This document shows positions 1-8,358 of a stretch of 64,000 nt of DNA, piece by piece. Numbering within the stretch: the first letter of the stretch is position 1; each line of letters starts with the position of its first letter. Source of the stretch: Planctomycetota bacterium (GTDB taxonomy: Bacteria > Planctomycetota > B15-G4 > SIAN01); NCBI GenBank assembly GCA_031409275.1, contig JANNXA010000022.1, positions 96,001 through 160,000 of the forward strand. The letters are read 5' to 3'. The notes beneath the pieces are model-generated. The model saw nothing but the letters and a program-made list of their open reading frames with translations, made no database searches and had not been told where the DNA came from. The translations under genes and the position numbers were made by a program.

Positions 1-1007
1 TCGTCCTCCACCACGACGACGCGGCGATTCTCGATCATCTCGGGCGGCGGCGGCGGCGCCGGCGGACGCTCGGGAAGGGTCACGCCGGCCGTGACCGGAA
101 GTGACACCCGCATCGAGGCGCCCGGTGGCCGGCGCCGTGCCGCCCGGATCTCGCCGCCGTGGTCGTGCAGGATCTCGCGGCACAGCGTCAACCCGAGTCC
201 CGTCCCCGAGCCGTCGCTGCGCGAGGTGAAGAACGGGTCGAAGATGCGTTCGCGGATCTGCTCCGGAATGCCCGGGCCATCGTCGCTGACGTCGATGACG
301 ATCCGCCGGCGAGTGGAGCGGGCCTTCACGACGACGTTGCCGTGGTCCTTCATCGAGCTGATGCCCTGCTGGGCATTGGTGAGCAGGTTGATGAAGACCT
401 GCGAGAGGAGCGCATCGTCGGCCTCGAACGGCGGCAGGCTCGGCGCGATGTCGAGCTCGAGCTTGATCGAGCGCAATGCGAAGTCGCGCCGCTTGAGTTC
501 GACGCAGCGCAACAACAGCTCATCCATGCGAACCACGACCCGTTCGCCGCGACCGCTGCGACTGAAACGCAGCAGATTCTGCGCGACGCGCGCGGTTCGG
601 AGCGCCTCCTCGTGGATGCGCTGCAGGTCACGTCGCGCATCGTCGGCGAGCGGCTGCGCCAGCAGGAACTGCGCGTAGCCGACGATTCCCGACAGCGCGT
701 TGTTGATCTCGTGGACGACGACGGCGACGAGGCGCCCCGCGGAGGCGAGACGAGACAGGTGGTAGACCTGCTGCTGCAACCGCTCGACGAGACTCTGGTC
801 GGAGTAGAGGAGCAGAACCCCGTCGGCGAGCGGGATGGACGTCGTCGGGCGGAGGAGTCGTCCGTGCGTGCCGTGCTCGATCGACTTGCCGACGATCTCG
901 GAGGCGGAGCGATCGAGGAGCTTCAGCGCGAGTCGGTTGGCTTCGACAACGAGGCCATCTGCGCCAAGGCGCAGGGCCGGCAACGGAATGGAGTCGACCC
1001 AGGACAT
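1..1007 (-). CDS. Hybrid sensor histidine kinase (PAS-like + HisKA + HATPase + start of receiver domain), truncated at window edge
   Basis: Not in the ORF track because it runs off the edge. Minus strand reads MSWVDSIPLPALRLGADGLVVEAN..., H-box GRLVAVVVHEINNALSGIVGYAQ, G-boxes DDGPGIP...FDPFFT...GTGLGL, then receiver start RRVVVVED. Confidence 0.9.
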   Translation of the reverse strand, partial: MSWVDSIPLPALRLGADGLVVEANRLALKLLDRSASEIVGKSIEHGTHGRLLRPTTSIPLADGVLLLYSDQSLVERLQQQVYHLSRLASAGRLVAVVVHEINNALSGIVGYAQFLLAQPLADDARRDLQRIHEEALRTARVAQNLLRFSRSGRGERVVVRMDELLLRCVELKRRDFALRSIKLELDIAPSLPPFEADDALLSQVFINLLTNAQQGISSMKDHGNVVVKARSTRRRIVIDVSDDGPGIPEQIRERIFDPFFTSRSDGSGTGLGLTLCREILHDHGGEIRAARRRPPGASMRVSLPVTAGVTLPERPPAPPPPPEMIENRRVVVVED

Positions 1008-1259
1008 TGCCGAGCTTCCCCTCGCAATCCCGCCCGGTCAGACGACCGCGATTCAGGCGGCAGATTGTAGGGGCGGCGATGGAGCGACCGCAATCGAGGG
1101 AATGACCGAAAACGGTCGGAAAAGAGCTCCTGAAGCAGTGCGACGACCGGACGAACGGCATCGCGAACAGGCGCCGGCGCCGGTTGCCTCCCGAAATCGA
1201 CTTCAAGTCATGAGCGCGCCGCGTCGATGGATCCCCTTCGGTAGGGGAGCGCACTGGAA

Positions 1260-2054
1260 ATGGCGACCGACTCGTTCAGCGACGTCCGCAGCGAGCTGCA
1301 ATCACGCTCGACACGGACCACCATCGACGAACTCAAGAAGAAGGGCCTCGACCAGGTCCGCGTGATCCGTTCGAGCCAGATCCTCGAGCTGATCGAGAAG
1401 GCGGTCGATCGCGCACTCGCGCGCCGCGGCGTTCCCGAGAATCCGGCCGAGCGCCAGGAACTCCTCACGGATTCGACGGCCATCTTCCGCGACATGCTGC
1501 GCACCGAGATGCAGCAGCAGCAAGGCACAGCTCAGCGCAACTTCGAGGAACTGAAAGCACGGCTCGAGCAGGACGCCGTCGAGATGCAGGCGCTCGAGCA
1601 GCGGTTGTCGCAGCGCGACACTCAGCTCTCCGAGGCGCTCGCGCGGCAGGCCGAACTCGACGCGGAGCTGCGCGTGCTTCGCCAGCGCTCGCAGGCCGGT
1701 TCGCCGCAGGATCTGCTCGAGGAGCTCCGATCGCTGCGCAAGGAGATCGCCCGTCCGCCGGCGCCGGTCGCGATCGCCGCGCCGCCGGTGGCGCCGGCCG
1801 CGAACGGGGCGCTCGAGAAGAGCATCCAGTCGCTCGGGGCCGAGCTCGCCTCGCAGATCGAGCGCATCGGCCGCAAGGTCGGCGTCTCGAGCGCGGCGGA
1901 AGAGTCTCAGGCGGAGCTGTCCGGACTGTTCCAGTCGATCCCAGAGCTCGAGGGCAACCTCGACGCCGTCGAAGCCAAGGAGCGCAAGGCCAGCGACGTC
2001 TCCGATGCGCTGGCTCGCATGAAGTCCCTACGCGGAAGCAAGGGCGGCACTTGA
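1260..2054 (+). CDS. Coiled-coil protein of unknown function, upstream of actin-like gene
   Basis: 264 aa with strong codon bias, a central E/Q/L/R-rich heptad region, a Pro/Ala linker and a short C-terminal helix (VSDALARMKSLRG). GGGGAG upstream. Confidence 0.85.
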   Translation: MATDSFSDVRSELQSRSTRTTIDELKKKGLDQVRVIRSSQILELIEKAVDRALARRGVPENPAERQELLTDSTAIFRDMLRTEMQQQQGTAQRNFEELKARLEQDAVEMQALEQRLSQRDTQLSEALARQAELDAELRVLRQRSQAGSPQDLLEELRSLRKEIARPPAPVAIAAPPVAPAANGALEKSIQSLGAELASQIERIGRKVGVSSAAEESQAELSGLFQSIPELEGNLDAVEAKERKASDVSDALARMKSLRGSKGGT

Positions 2055-2126
2055 GGTCGAGCCCTTTGCATGCCGATCGGAGTGGGTCCTTAGTCCCTTC
2101 AAACACTGACGAGGCAGGAACGCGAC

Positions 2127-3206
2127 ATGGGTAGCGCAGATCAAGGCAACCACGAGAACGGCACGCGTCCGGCGGTCGGCACCACCGGCGTCGCAGAGCG
2201 CCCGTCGAGCGTCGCCAAGATGGCGGGCAAAGGCCTCGACATCGGCACGGCGAACATCCTCGCCGCGGTGCGCGACCAGAAGGGCGGCATCGTCGTCCGC
2301 TGCGAGCGCAACGCCTTCCTCGACATCCAAGGTGACGTGCACAGCCGCTCGATGCTGACTCGGCTGAACGTCCCCTACGTGGTGCACGAGAATTCGCTGA
2401 TCGTGCTCGGCGGTTCCGCCTTCGAGCTCGCCAACGTCTTCGGCCGGCCGACGCGCCGACCGATGAAGGACGGCCTCATCTCCTCGCTGGAGAAGGAGGC
2501 GCTCCCGATGATGCAGATGATCATCAAGAAGGTGCTCGGTGACCCGGCGCAGCCGAACGAGCCGTGCTTCTTCTCCGTGCCGGCCGAGTCGGTCGACAAG
2601 GAGAACAACATCGTCTACCACCAGGGCCTCTTCGCCGGGATGCTCCAGAAGCTGGGCTACAACGCCACGCCGATGAACGAGGGCCACGCGGTGACGTTCG
2701 CCGAGCTCGCAGCCGAGGATTTCACCGGCATCGGCATCAGCTTCGGCGGCGGCATGGTCAACGTCTGCGTCGCCTACAAGACGATCCCGGCGCTCACCTT
2801 CTCGGTGGCGCGCGGCGGCGACTGGATCGACGACAACGCCTCGAAGGTGCTGGGCCTGCCGTCCTCGAAGGTGACGTACATCAAGGAGAGCGGCATGGAC
2901 ATCCGCTCGCCGAAGGGACGCGAGCAGGAAGCGATCGCGATCTACTACCGCAACCTCATCTCCTACACGCTCCAGAACATCCGCAACCGCCTCAACATGG
3001 GGCGTGACCTGCCGAGCTTCACCGATCCGGTCGAGATCGTCTGCGCCGGTGGCACGTCGATGATCCACGGCTTCATCGAGGTGTTCCGCGAAGAGGTGCA
3101 GAAGATCAAGTTCCCGATCGCCATCAAGGGCGTGCGGCTGGGCAAGGAGCCGCTCAACTCCGTCTCGCAGGGCTGCCTCGTCGCCGCCGTCTCGTCGATG
3201 GAATGA
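2127..3206 (+). CDS. Actin-superfamily ATPase, volactin-like (alternative start 2220)
   Basis: Phosphate-1 GLDIGTANI, connect-1 PMNEGHAV, phosphate-2 GISFGGGMVN, adenosine motif VCAGGTS, connect-2 EPLNSVSQG. Also RRPMKDG and FSVARGGDWID blocks. Confidence 0.9.
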   Translation: MGSADQGNHENGTRPAVGTTGVAERPSSVAKMAGKGLDIGTANILAAVRDQKGGIVVRCERNAFLDIQGDVHSRSMLTRLNVPYVVHENSLIVLGGSAFELANVFGRPTRRPMKDGLISSLEKEALPMMQMIIKKVLGDPAQPNEPCFFSVPAESVDKENNIVYHQGLFAGMLQKLGYNATPMNEGHAVTFAELAAEDFTGIGISFGGGMVNVCVAYKTIPALTFSVARGGDWIDDNASKVLGLPSSKVTYIKESGMDIRSPKGREQEAIAIYYRNLISYTLQNIRNRLNMGRDLPSFTDPVEIVCAGGTSMIHGFIEVFREEVQKIKFPIAIKGVRLGKEPLNSVSQGCLVAAVSSME

Positions 3207-3278
3207 GCGAACCGCGGATCGGAGGCGACGCTGCGCGTCACATGACGAGCGGCGTCGCCTCCGCCCGCGTTCCAGCCA

Positions 3279-6275
3279 TCAGTCGAAACGAGATCGCGGC
3301 GGCAACGCCGCGCGCGCGCCATTCGCGAGGTCGCCGAGCAGGAACTCGTGGTTCGTCGTCGCGCCACCGACGAGTTCTCCGCGCCACTGCTGCGACTGCG
3401 TTCCGTCGTCGACCTCGAGGTCGATCGGGCCAGGGTGCAGCGCCGGCAGCGTGACCACCGGCTGGATCGGGACTTCGAACGGCGCGCTCTCCGACGGATG
3501 GACGCGCACCGTCCCGGACAGCGTCGCACCGTCGCTCCGAGCGAACGTCAGGCGCAGCGCGCACGGGCGCTGCAGGTCGACGAAGCCGCTGCCGCGCGCG
3601 ATGCCGACCGATGCATCGACGCGTGTCCGCAGATGACCATCGGCGTCGGCCTGCAGCCACCAGCCATTCGGCGCGGGTGTGCCGCAACACTCGAAGAGCC
3701 CGGCGTCCGAGGTCTCGATGCGGGCGAAGGGCGGCCCATCCCCACAGTGGAGCTCGATCGTTCCTGCCGCGACGGGAGCGGAGGAGGCCATGTCGCGCAG
3801 CTGAATGGAGCTGATGTCGGCGCCGGCGTCGAGCTCCATCGGGGGCATCTCCACGCCGCTTACGACGCGCGCGACCTTCGATGCCAGCAGCAGCCGATTC
3901 GCGGTCGTCGCAAACGCCGTGATCTCCCAGCTACCGGGTTCCATTCCAAGCAGCACGAAGCGGCCGTCGAGCTCGACCGAGGCGCAGCGCCAGTCCGCGC
4001 GTGCGTCCGAGTCGACGCGGCGCGCGACGACGCGAGCATTCCCCGACGCCACGCGTAGCGACGGCCCGATTCGGCCCTCGACGCGGCTGGCCGACGCCGA
4101 CGCGAATGGCACCTCGACGACCGTTCCGGCCTCCACCGTGACGACGCGCTCCTGAGCGGCGTAGTTGTGCCAGGTCGAGGAGAGCCACTCGTCCAGGAGC
4201 CGCAGTCGCACGCATCCGACCGGCCACTGGGGGATGACGATGTGCGCGTCGGACGAGAATCTCAGCGCCAGCTCGGCGCCGTCCGCGCCGTCGATCAGCA
4301 GATGAAGCGCGGTTGCGCGGCGGGCCAGCGCGTCGTCGAGCGTCACGGAGATCGAACCGACGCGCGGCCAGCGCCAGACAGCGTCTTCGGTCGGTGGAGG
4401 CAATTCGAAGCGGACTGGCGGGTCGCTCCCGCGCTCGCAGATCCAGCTCGAGTCGCTGTCGACGGGGACCTCGAGTCGGAACATTCCGTCGCGATCGCTG
4501 ATCGCGGGCGCGGCGAGCGGATGGGGGAGCCAGCGACCGTGCGCGGCGGGAACGGCTGGCCGAGCGATGACACCGGCGATGGGGAGCGAGTTGCCATCGA
4601 CGAGCTGCACGCGGCGAGGGGTCGCACGTCGCAGCACGATCGTGTCGAGCCCGCCCGTACCTTCCGCCGAGCCGGGACGTCGCTCGAACGCGGCAGCGTC
4701 GAAGCCCTGCGCCGCGATCAGCACGCGATGGGGGATCGGCGCGAGGTCACAGCACGTCGCCTGCCCGCTCGCGTCGGTGACGGTGGCGCGCGGTGCCGAC
4801 TGGTTCCAGTCGATCGACTCGTGCTCACGGATCGCGTGCAGCGGGATTGCGATGACCCGTGCGCCGGCGATCGGCGCGCCGATCGGATCGACGATCCGAA
4901 CGGCGAGATCGGCGAGCCGCTCCAACGGGAGCAGCAGCGAGTCGGCCGGGGCGCGGTAGGGGCCGGCATCGAGTGGAGCGAAACCTGGTGCGCGCACCTC
5001 GACGTGGTAGAGGCGGCCATCGGCGGTCCACGGCAACGCGAAGTTCCCGCGTTCGTCGCTCATGACCCAGCCGACCACGAGATGGTCGGTCAATGAGCCG
5101 ACGATGACTTCGGCCCCTGCGATGGGCCGGGTCTCGGCATCAACGACTCGCCCGTTGAAGCGTGACTCGTGGTCGAGCCGGATCAAGAAGGTCCCGGCGC
5201 GCAACTCGTCGGGCTCGACTTCGCGCCGCGTGGCGGCGAAGCCGTCGCATTGGACCGAGAGGACCACCGCCGCGAGCGGGATCTCGGCGGCGGTGAAGAA
5301 ACCGTCCGCGTCGCTGCGCGACACCTCGCGTTCGTCGACCGGCAGCACTCCGAGACGGCCGCAGCGGATCGACGCGCCGACGATCGGTCGGTCGTCGGCG
5401 GTCACCACTCGGCCGCAAAGCTCGATCGGCCGTGCGAGCTCGAGCTGCAACGGGAGGCGATCGTCGACCGCGGTTCGCTCGCTTGGACAGTAACCCGTGG
5501 ATTCGCATTCGACCGACCAGGGTGGCGGAAAGTCCGGGCGCAACGAGAAGGCGCCGTCGACCGCGCACCGAAGCTCCTGGTCGGGCGAACGCTCCGAACG
5601 AACCACGAGCTTCGCTGGCAGCGGTCGCCGCGGCTCATCGAGCTCGCGCACTTGTCCGCGGAGAGTCGCGCGCGCGACGAGGGGCAGGGCAAGACGACCG
5701 CGCGCGACGATGACACCATCGATCTCGACGTGTTGCGTCAGAAGATCGGCGCCGCGAAGCCACAGTTCGTCGCCGACAGCGACCTCGATCGTGAACGGAG
5801 CGACATGTTCATCGAGTCGATGGCGGGCCGACTCCACATTCGCAGCGCTGCGCGCGCCGAGGTTCGCCGCTTTACGGTGCTCCAGCACGTGGTCGGGTGG
5901 AGGCGCCGCCGACGCGTCTCGAACTGCTCGAGTCGATGGTCCGCGGACGAACTCGACGAGGAGGCGGTGCCTTGCGCCGCTCCCCGCTTCGGGCGCAGCT
6001 GGGGGGCTCGCCTCCAGACTTCGAATCGCGCCCGAGCTTGAACTCGAGTCGGGCGCGGAGTTGGCGTCGCCCCGCGCCCCTGCGATCTCGGTGGCGAACT
6101 CGTCCGGTGCCGCAGGCTCACTCGCAACGTCGCGCAGCGCCGGCAGTCGGCTACCGTCGCCATCAGCGCGCTCTCGGTCATTGAGCAAGCCACGGACGGC
6201 GAACCACAACGCGAGCGTTGCGATCGCGACCGCTGCGCGCTGCAGCCATTCATGTCCGCTCCTGCGTGTACTCAC
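3279..6275 (-). CDS. Large membrane-anchored protein with tandem carboxypeptidase-regulatory-like (transthyretin-like beta) domains
   Basis: N-terminal TM (AAVAIATLALWFAV) and repeated GRVV..D.RPIAGA.V...SD..G.F units. GTG start at 6275 overlaps the upstream stop (GTGA); the track start at 6509 is probably too long. Confidence 0.75.
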   Translation of the reverse strand: MSTRRSGHEWLQRAAVAIATLALWFAVRGLLNDRERADGDGSRLPALRDVASEPAAPDEFATEIAGARGDANSAPDSSSSSGAIRSLEASPPAAPEAGSGARHRLLVEFVRGPSTRAVRDASAAPPPDHVLEHRKAANLGARSAANVESARHRLDEHVAPFTIEVAVGDELWLRGADLLTQHVEIDGVIVARGRLALPLVARATLRGQVRELDEPRRPLPAKLVVRSERSPDQELRCAVDGAFSLRPDFPPPWSVECESTGYCPSERTAVDDRLPLQLELARPIELCGRVVTADDRPIVGASIRCGRLGVLPVDEREVSRSDADGFFTAAEIPLAAVVLSVQCDGFAATRREVEPDELRAGTFLIRLDHESRFNGRVVDAETRPIAGAEVIVGSLTDHLVVGWVMSDERGNFALPWTADGRLYHVEVRAPGFAPLDAGPYRAPADSLLLPLERLADLAVRIVDPIGAPIAGARVIAIPLHAIREHESIDWNQSAPRATVTDASGQATCCDLAPIPHRVLIAAQGFDAAAFERRPGSAEGTGGLDTIVLRRATPRRVQLVDGNSLPIAGVIARPAVPAAHGRWLPHPLAAPAISDRDGMFRLEVPVDSDSSWICERGSDPPVRFELPPPTEDAVWRWPRVGSISVTLDDALARRATALHLLIDGADGAELALRFSSDAHIVIPQWPVGCVRLRLLDEWLSSTWHNYAAQERVVTVEAGTVVEVPFASASASRVEGRIGPSLRVASGNARVVARRVDSDARADWRCASVELDGRFVLLGMEPGSWEITAFATTANRLLLASKVARVVSGVEMPPMELDAGADISSIQLRDMASSAPVAAGTIELHCGDGPPFARIETSDAGLFECCGTPAPNGWWLQADADGHLRTRVDASVGIARGSGFVDLQRPCALRLTFARSDGATLSGTVRVHPSESAPFEVPIQPVVTLPALHPGPIDLEVDDGTQSQQWRGELVGGATTNHEFLLGDLANGARAALPPRSRFD

Positions 6276-6502
6276 TGTGCGGGTTGGACGGGCGGGGGCG
6301 GGACGATGGCTGGTGCGGGCGGTGGTGGCGGGAGCGCCCCGCGAGTCACGTCCGTCGTTCCCGTTCCCGTCTGCGGACCGCCACGCGTTGCGGTGGCCGC
6401 GGTGCCGCCGCCGGCGCGTGCCGCCGCCTCCAGGATGCAAAGACCAAGCGCCGAGGCGAGGGCGGCACCAAGGAGCCATCGCCAGTTTCGCGGAGGCTTC
6501 AA
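6272..6502 (-). CDS. Small (76 aa) putative secreted peptide
   Basis: TTG start with GGAG 7 nt upstream. Start overlaps the upstream stop (TTGA) and stop overlaps the downstream start (GTGA). Signal-peptide-like KPPRNWRWLLGAALASALGLCILEAAARA, then Gly/Thr-rich core and poly-Pro tail. Confidence 0.6.
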   Translation of the reverse strand: MKPPRNWRWLLGAALASALGLCILEAAARAGGGTAATATRGGPQTGTGTTDVTRGALPPPPPAPAIVPPPPVQPAQ

Positions 6503-7299
6503 GCGACAACTCCAGAGGAAAGGAGAACGGTGGTTTGAGTCAGCATTCGCGCCGCGATCTGGCGCGCTCGCGCCGGGGCGCCGACGCCGCGATCCGCGAG
6601 AGCGAGGAGCTGGCCTTCGAGCGCGAGGGCCCGCCGGCGCACGTCGTGGGGTGCGCCGACCTGCAGCGCTGCACGGAAATGGAACTCGGCAAGCGCCGGT
6701 CGACGCAGCGACATCGCGTAGACGGCGCACGTCCAATGTGAGGCGAGCTGCCGCGGATCGAGCGAGGTGGCGCGCTCCAGCAATTGCACGGCGTCCTCGA
6801 CGCGCGCGTCGTCCGCTTGAAGGATGGCTCGATGCAGCAGCGCCCGCGCCGCCGCGCCGCGCGCCCGAGCCGATGCGAACGCCTGGGCGAATCCTCGATC
6901 GGCGGCGTCGTTGTGTCCTTCCAACCAATCGAGCTGGGCCATCGCGAGATGAGCCGACGAGGCGTGATCACTCATCTGTGCCGCTGCGCGGAGGAGATCG
7001 CGCGCCAGCGCGGCGCGCGAGGGCGTCGTCGGGAGGTGGTCGTTCCTGGCGCAGGGCGCGAGCAGCGCTTCGAGGCGCGAACGCAGGTGGGGCGGCAACC
7101 CGTGCCGAAGGTGCGGATCGGCCAGGCAGTCATGGATGCGCGACTCGAGCGACGCCGATTCGACCGAGTTCGACCGCCGTTCGCACGGAAACGCGTTCCG
7201 AAAGCCGGCGTCGAGCTGCAGCAACTCGACCGCGACGCGAGTCAGTCGATGGGCTGAACGCTGTTCGAGCATCGTGGTGACGTGGGTCGCAACGCTCAT
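6499..7299 (-). CDS. TPR-containing protein
   Basis: ATG 7299 with AAGGAG upstream and ATGA overlap with the upstream gene. Helical repeats such as VEDAVQLLERATSLDP and ALAEFHFRAAL. Confidence 0.7.
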   Translation of the reverse strand: MSVATHVTTMLEQRSAHRLTRVAVELLQLDAGFRNAFPCERRSNSVESASLESRIHDCLADPHLRHGLPPHLRSRLEALLAPCARNDHLPTTPSRAALARDLLRAAAQMSDHASSAHLAMAQLDWLEGHNDAADRGFAQAFASARARGAAARALLHRAILQADDARVEDAVQLLERATSLDPRQLASHWTCAVYAMSLRRPALAEFHFRAALQVGAPHDVRRRALALEGQLLALADRGVGAPARARQIAARMLTQTTVLLSSGVVA

Positions 7300-8102
7300 G
7301 GTTGGCTCCTTCCGTGCGTGAGCGCCGGTCGACGCAGGCAGGCCTGCGCCCACGCCATCGAATGGTCGATCTCGAGTCGATATCGCTCCACCGCGCTCGC
7401 ATGCGAAAGAAGATGTGCGACCGAAGGCGACTGCGGCGAGGTCTCGGGTGCGTGATGGGGCGCGCAATCCTCCAGAAGCATCGAGCGGTCGTGCCGGGAT
7501 AGCTGCAGCAGCGTCTGCGCGGCGACGACGCGCGCCGCGGCGGCCGAGATGTCGCTGCGCGCGAATGCCAGGAGCGATTCAGGAAGCTCAATGCGTTCGG
7601 CGAGCGCCTCGACGAGCAGCTCCGGCGCCTCGTGCTCGTTGAGGATCGGAACGAAACCTCGGCACTCGTCGGTGAACGCGATCATCACGCGGCGGCAGCG
7701 ACGGTGGATCGACTGGTACTCGCGTTCGATGGAACGCGATGCGATCGAGCGCACGGCATCGAGCGTCTCGGCGAGCACTTCAGCCGTGAGCGGCTCGATG
7801 CTCGCAGGCAGCGCTTGTTCATCGGCGATACGACGCAGCTCGTCCGCGACTTCGCGGCGATTGAGCTGGCAGAACAGCAGCAAAAGGTCCGGGTCGTCGC
7901 GCACGCGCAGCCGCTCAAGGAGCGCGATCGACGCGTCGCCGACGGTTTGGCCGGAATCGAGATCCGGACAACTTCGAGCGAGCAGCGCCTGCTCGTCCGT
8001 GGAAATTGGACGCAAGCCGCAGGCGGCTTGACCTTGATCGGTGCGATGGGCGGCCATTCGCTTCGTCCGTGAATGCGCGACCGCCGTGCACGCGCCTTCC
8101 AA
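7296..8102 (-). CDS. Hypothetical protein, possibly divergent ECF sigma-factor-like
   Basis: All-helical. ALLERLRVRDDPDLLLLFCQLNR resembles an ECF N-terminus and LLQLSRHDRSMLL resembles the start of region 4. Start uncertain (TTG 8102 or a later ATG). Confidence 0.45.
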   Translation of the reverse strand: MEGACTAVAHSRTKRMAAHRTDQGQAACGLRPISTDEQALLARSCPDLDSGQTVGDASIALLERLRVRDDPDLLLLFCQLNRREVADELRRIADEQALPASIEPLTAEVLAETLDAVRSIASRSIEREYQSIHRRCRRVMIAFTDECRGFVPILNEHEAPELLVEALAERIELPESLLAFARSDISAAAARVVAAQTLLQLSRHDRSMLLEDCAPHHAPETSPQSPSVAHLLSHASAVERYRLEIDHSMAWAQACLRRPALTHGRSQP

Positions 8103-8358
8103 CCGATCCCTTCCCCGTGGAAGAGAAGTATTGAAGTTGTGGCCAACCTGCGCAACTAGGACAAAGTATGTAATTTGATCGGGTGACTACTCATGGGGTG
8201 GCTGCGGACGGGCGGGCTGGGGCTCTCGATCATCATGGACTTAACGTCTGATAATAAATGTTCTGATGACATTAGCCTGGGGAGCAGCTGGACCTGTTGG
8301 CCCGAACTCGTCCTCGACGTTCGAAACGCGCCTTTGCGAGGCGGCCCGGCCGACTTCG

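Noticed and set aside
91..1070. Plus-strand ORFs 91..678 and 159..1070
   Set aside because: Antisense shadows of the minus-strand histidine kinase.
1232..1248. TCCCCT/AGGGGA hairpin over the RBS of the coiled-coil gene
   Set aside because: Only 6 bp, too weak to claim regulation.
2127..3206. Calling the actin-like gene mreB or ftsA
   Set aside because: Lacks mreCD or dcw context and typical MreB/FtsA signature blocks.
3279..8290. Mobile element or genomic island call
   Set aside because: Composition looks atypical, but I found no integrase, transposase, tRNA or flanking direct repeats.
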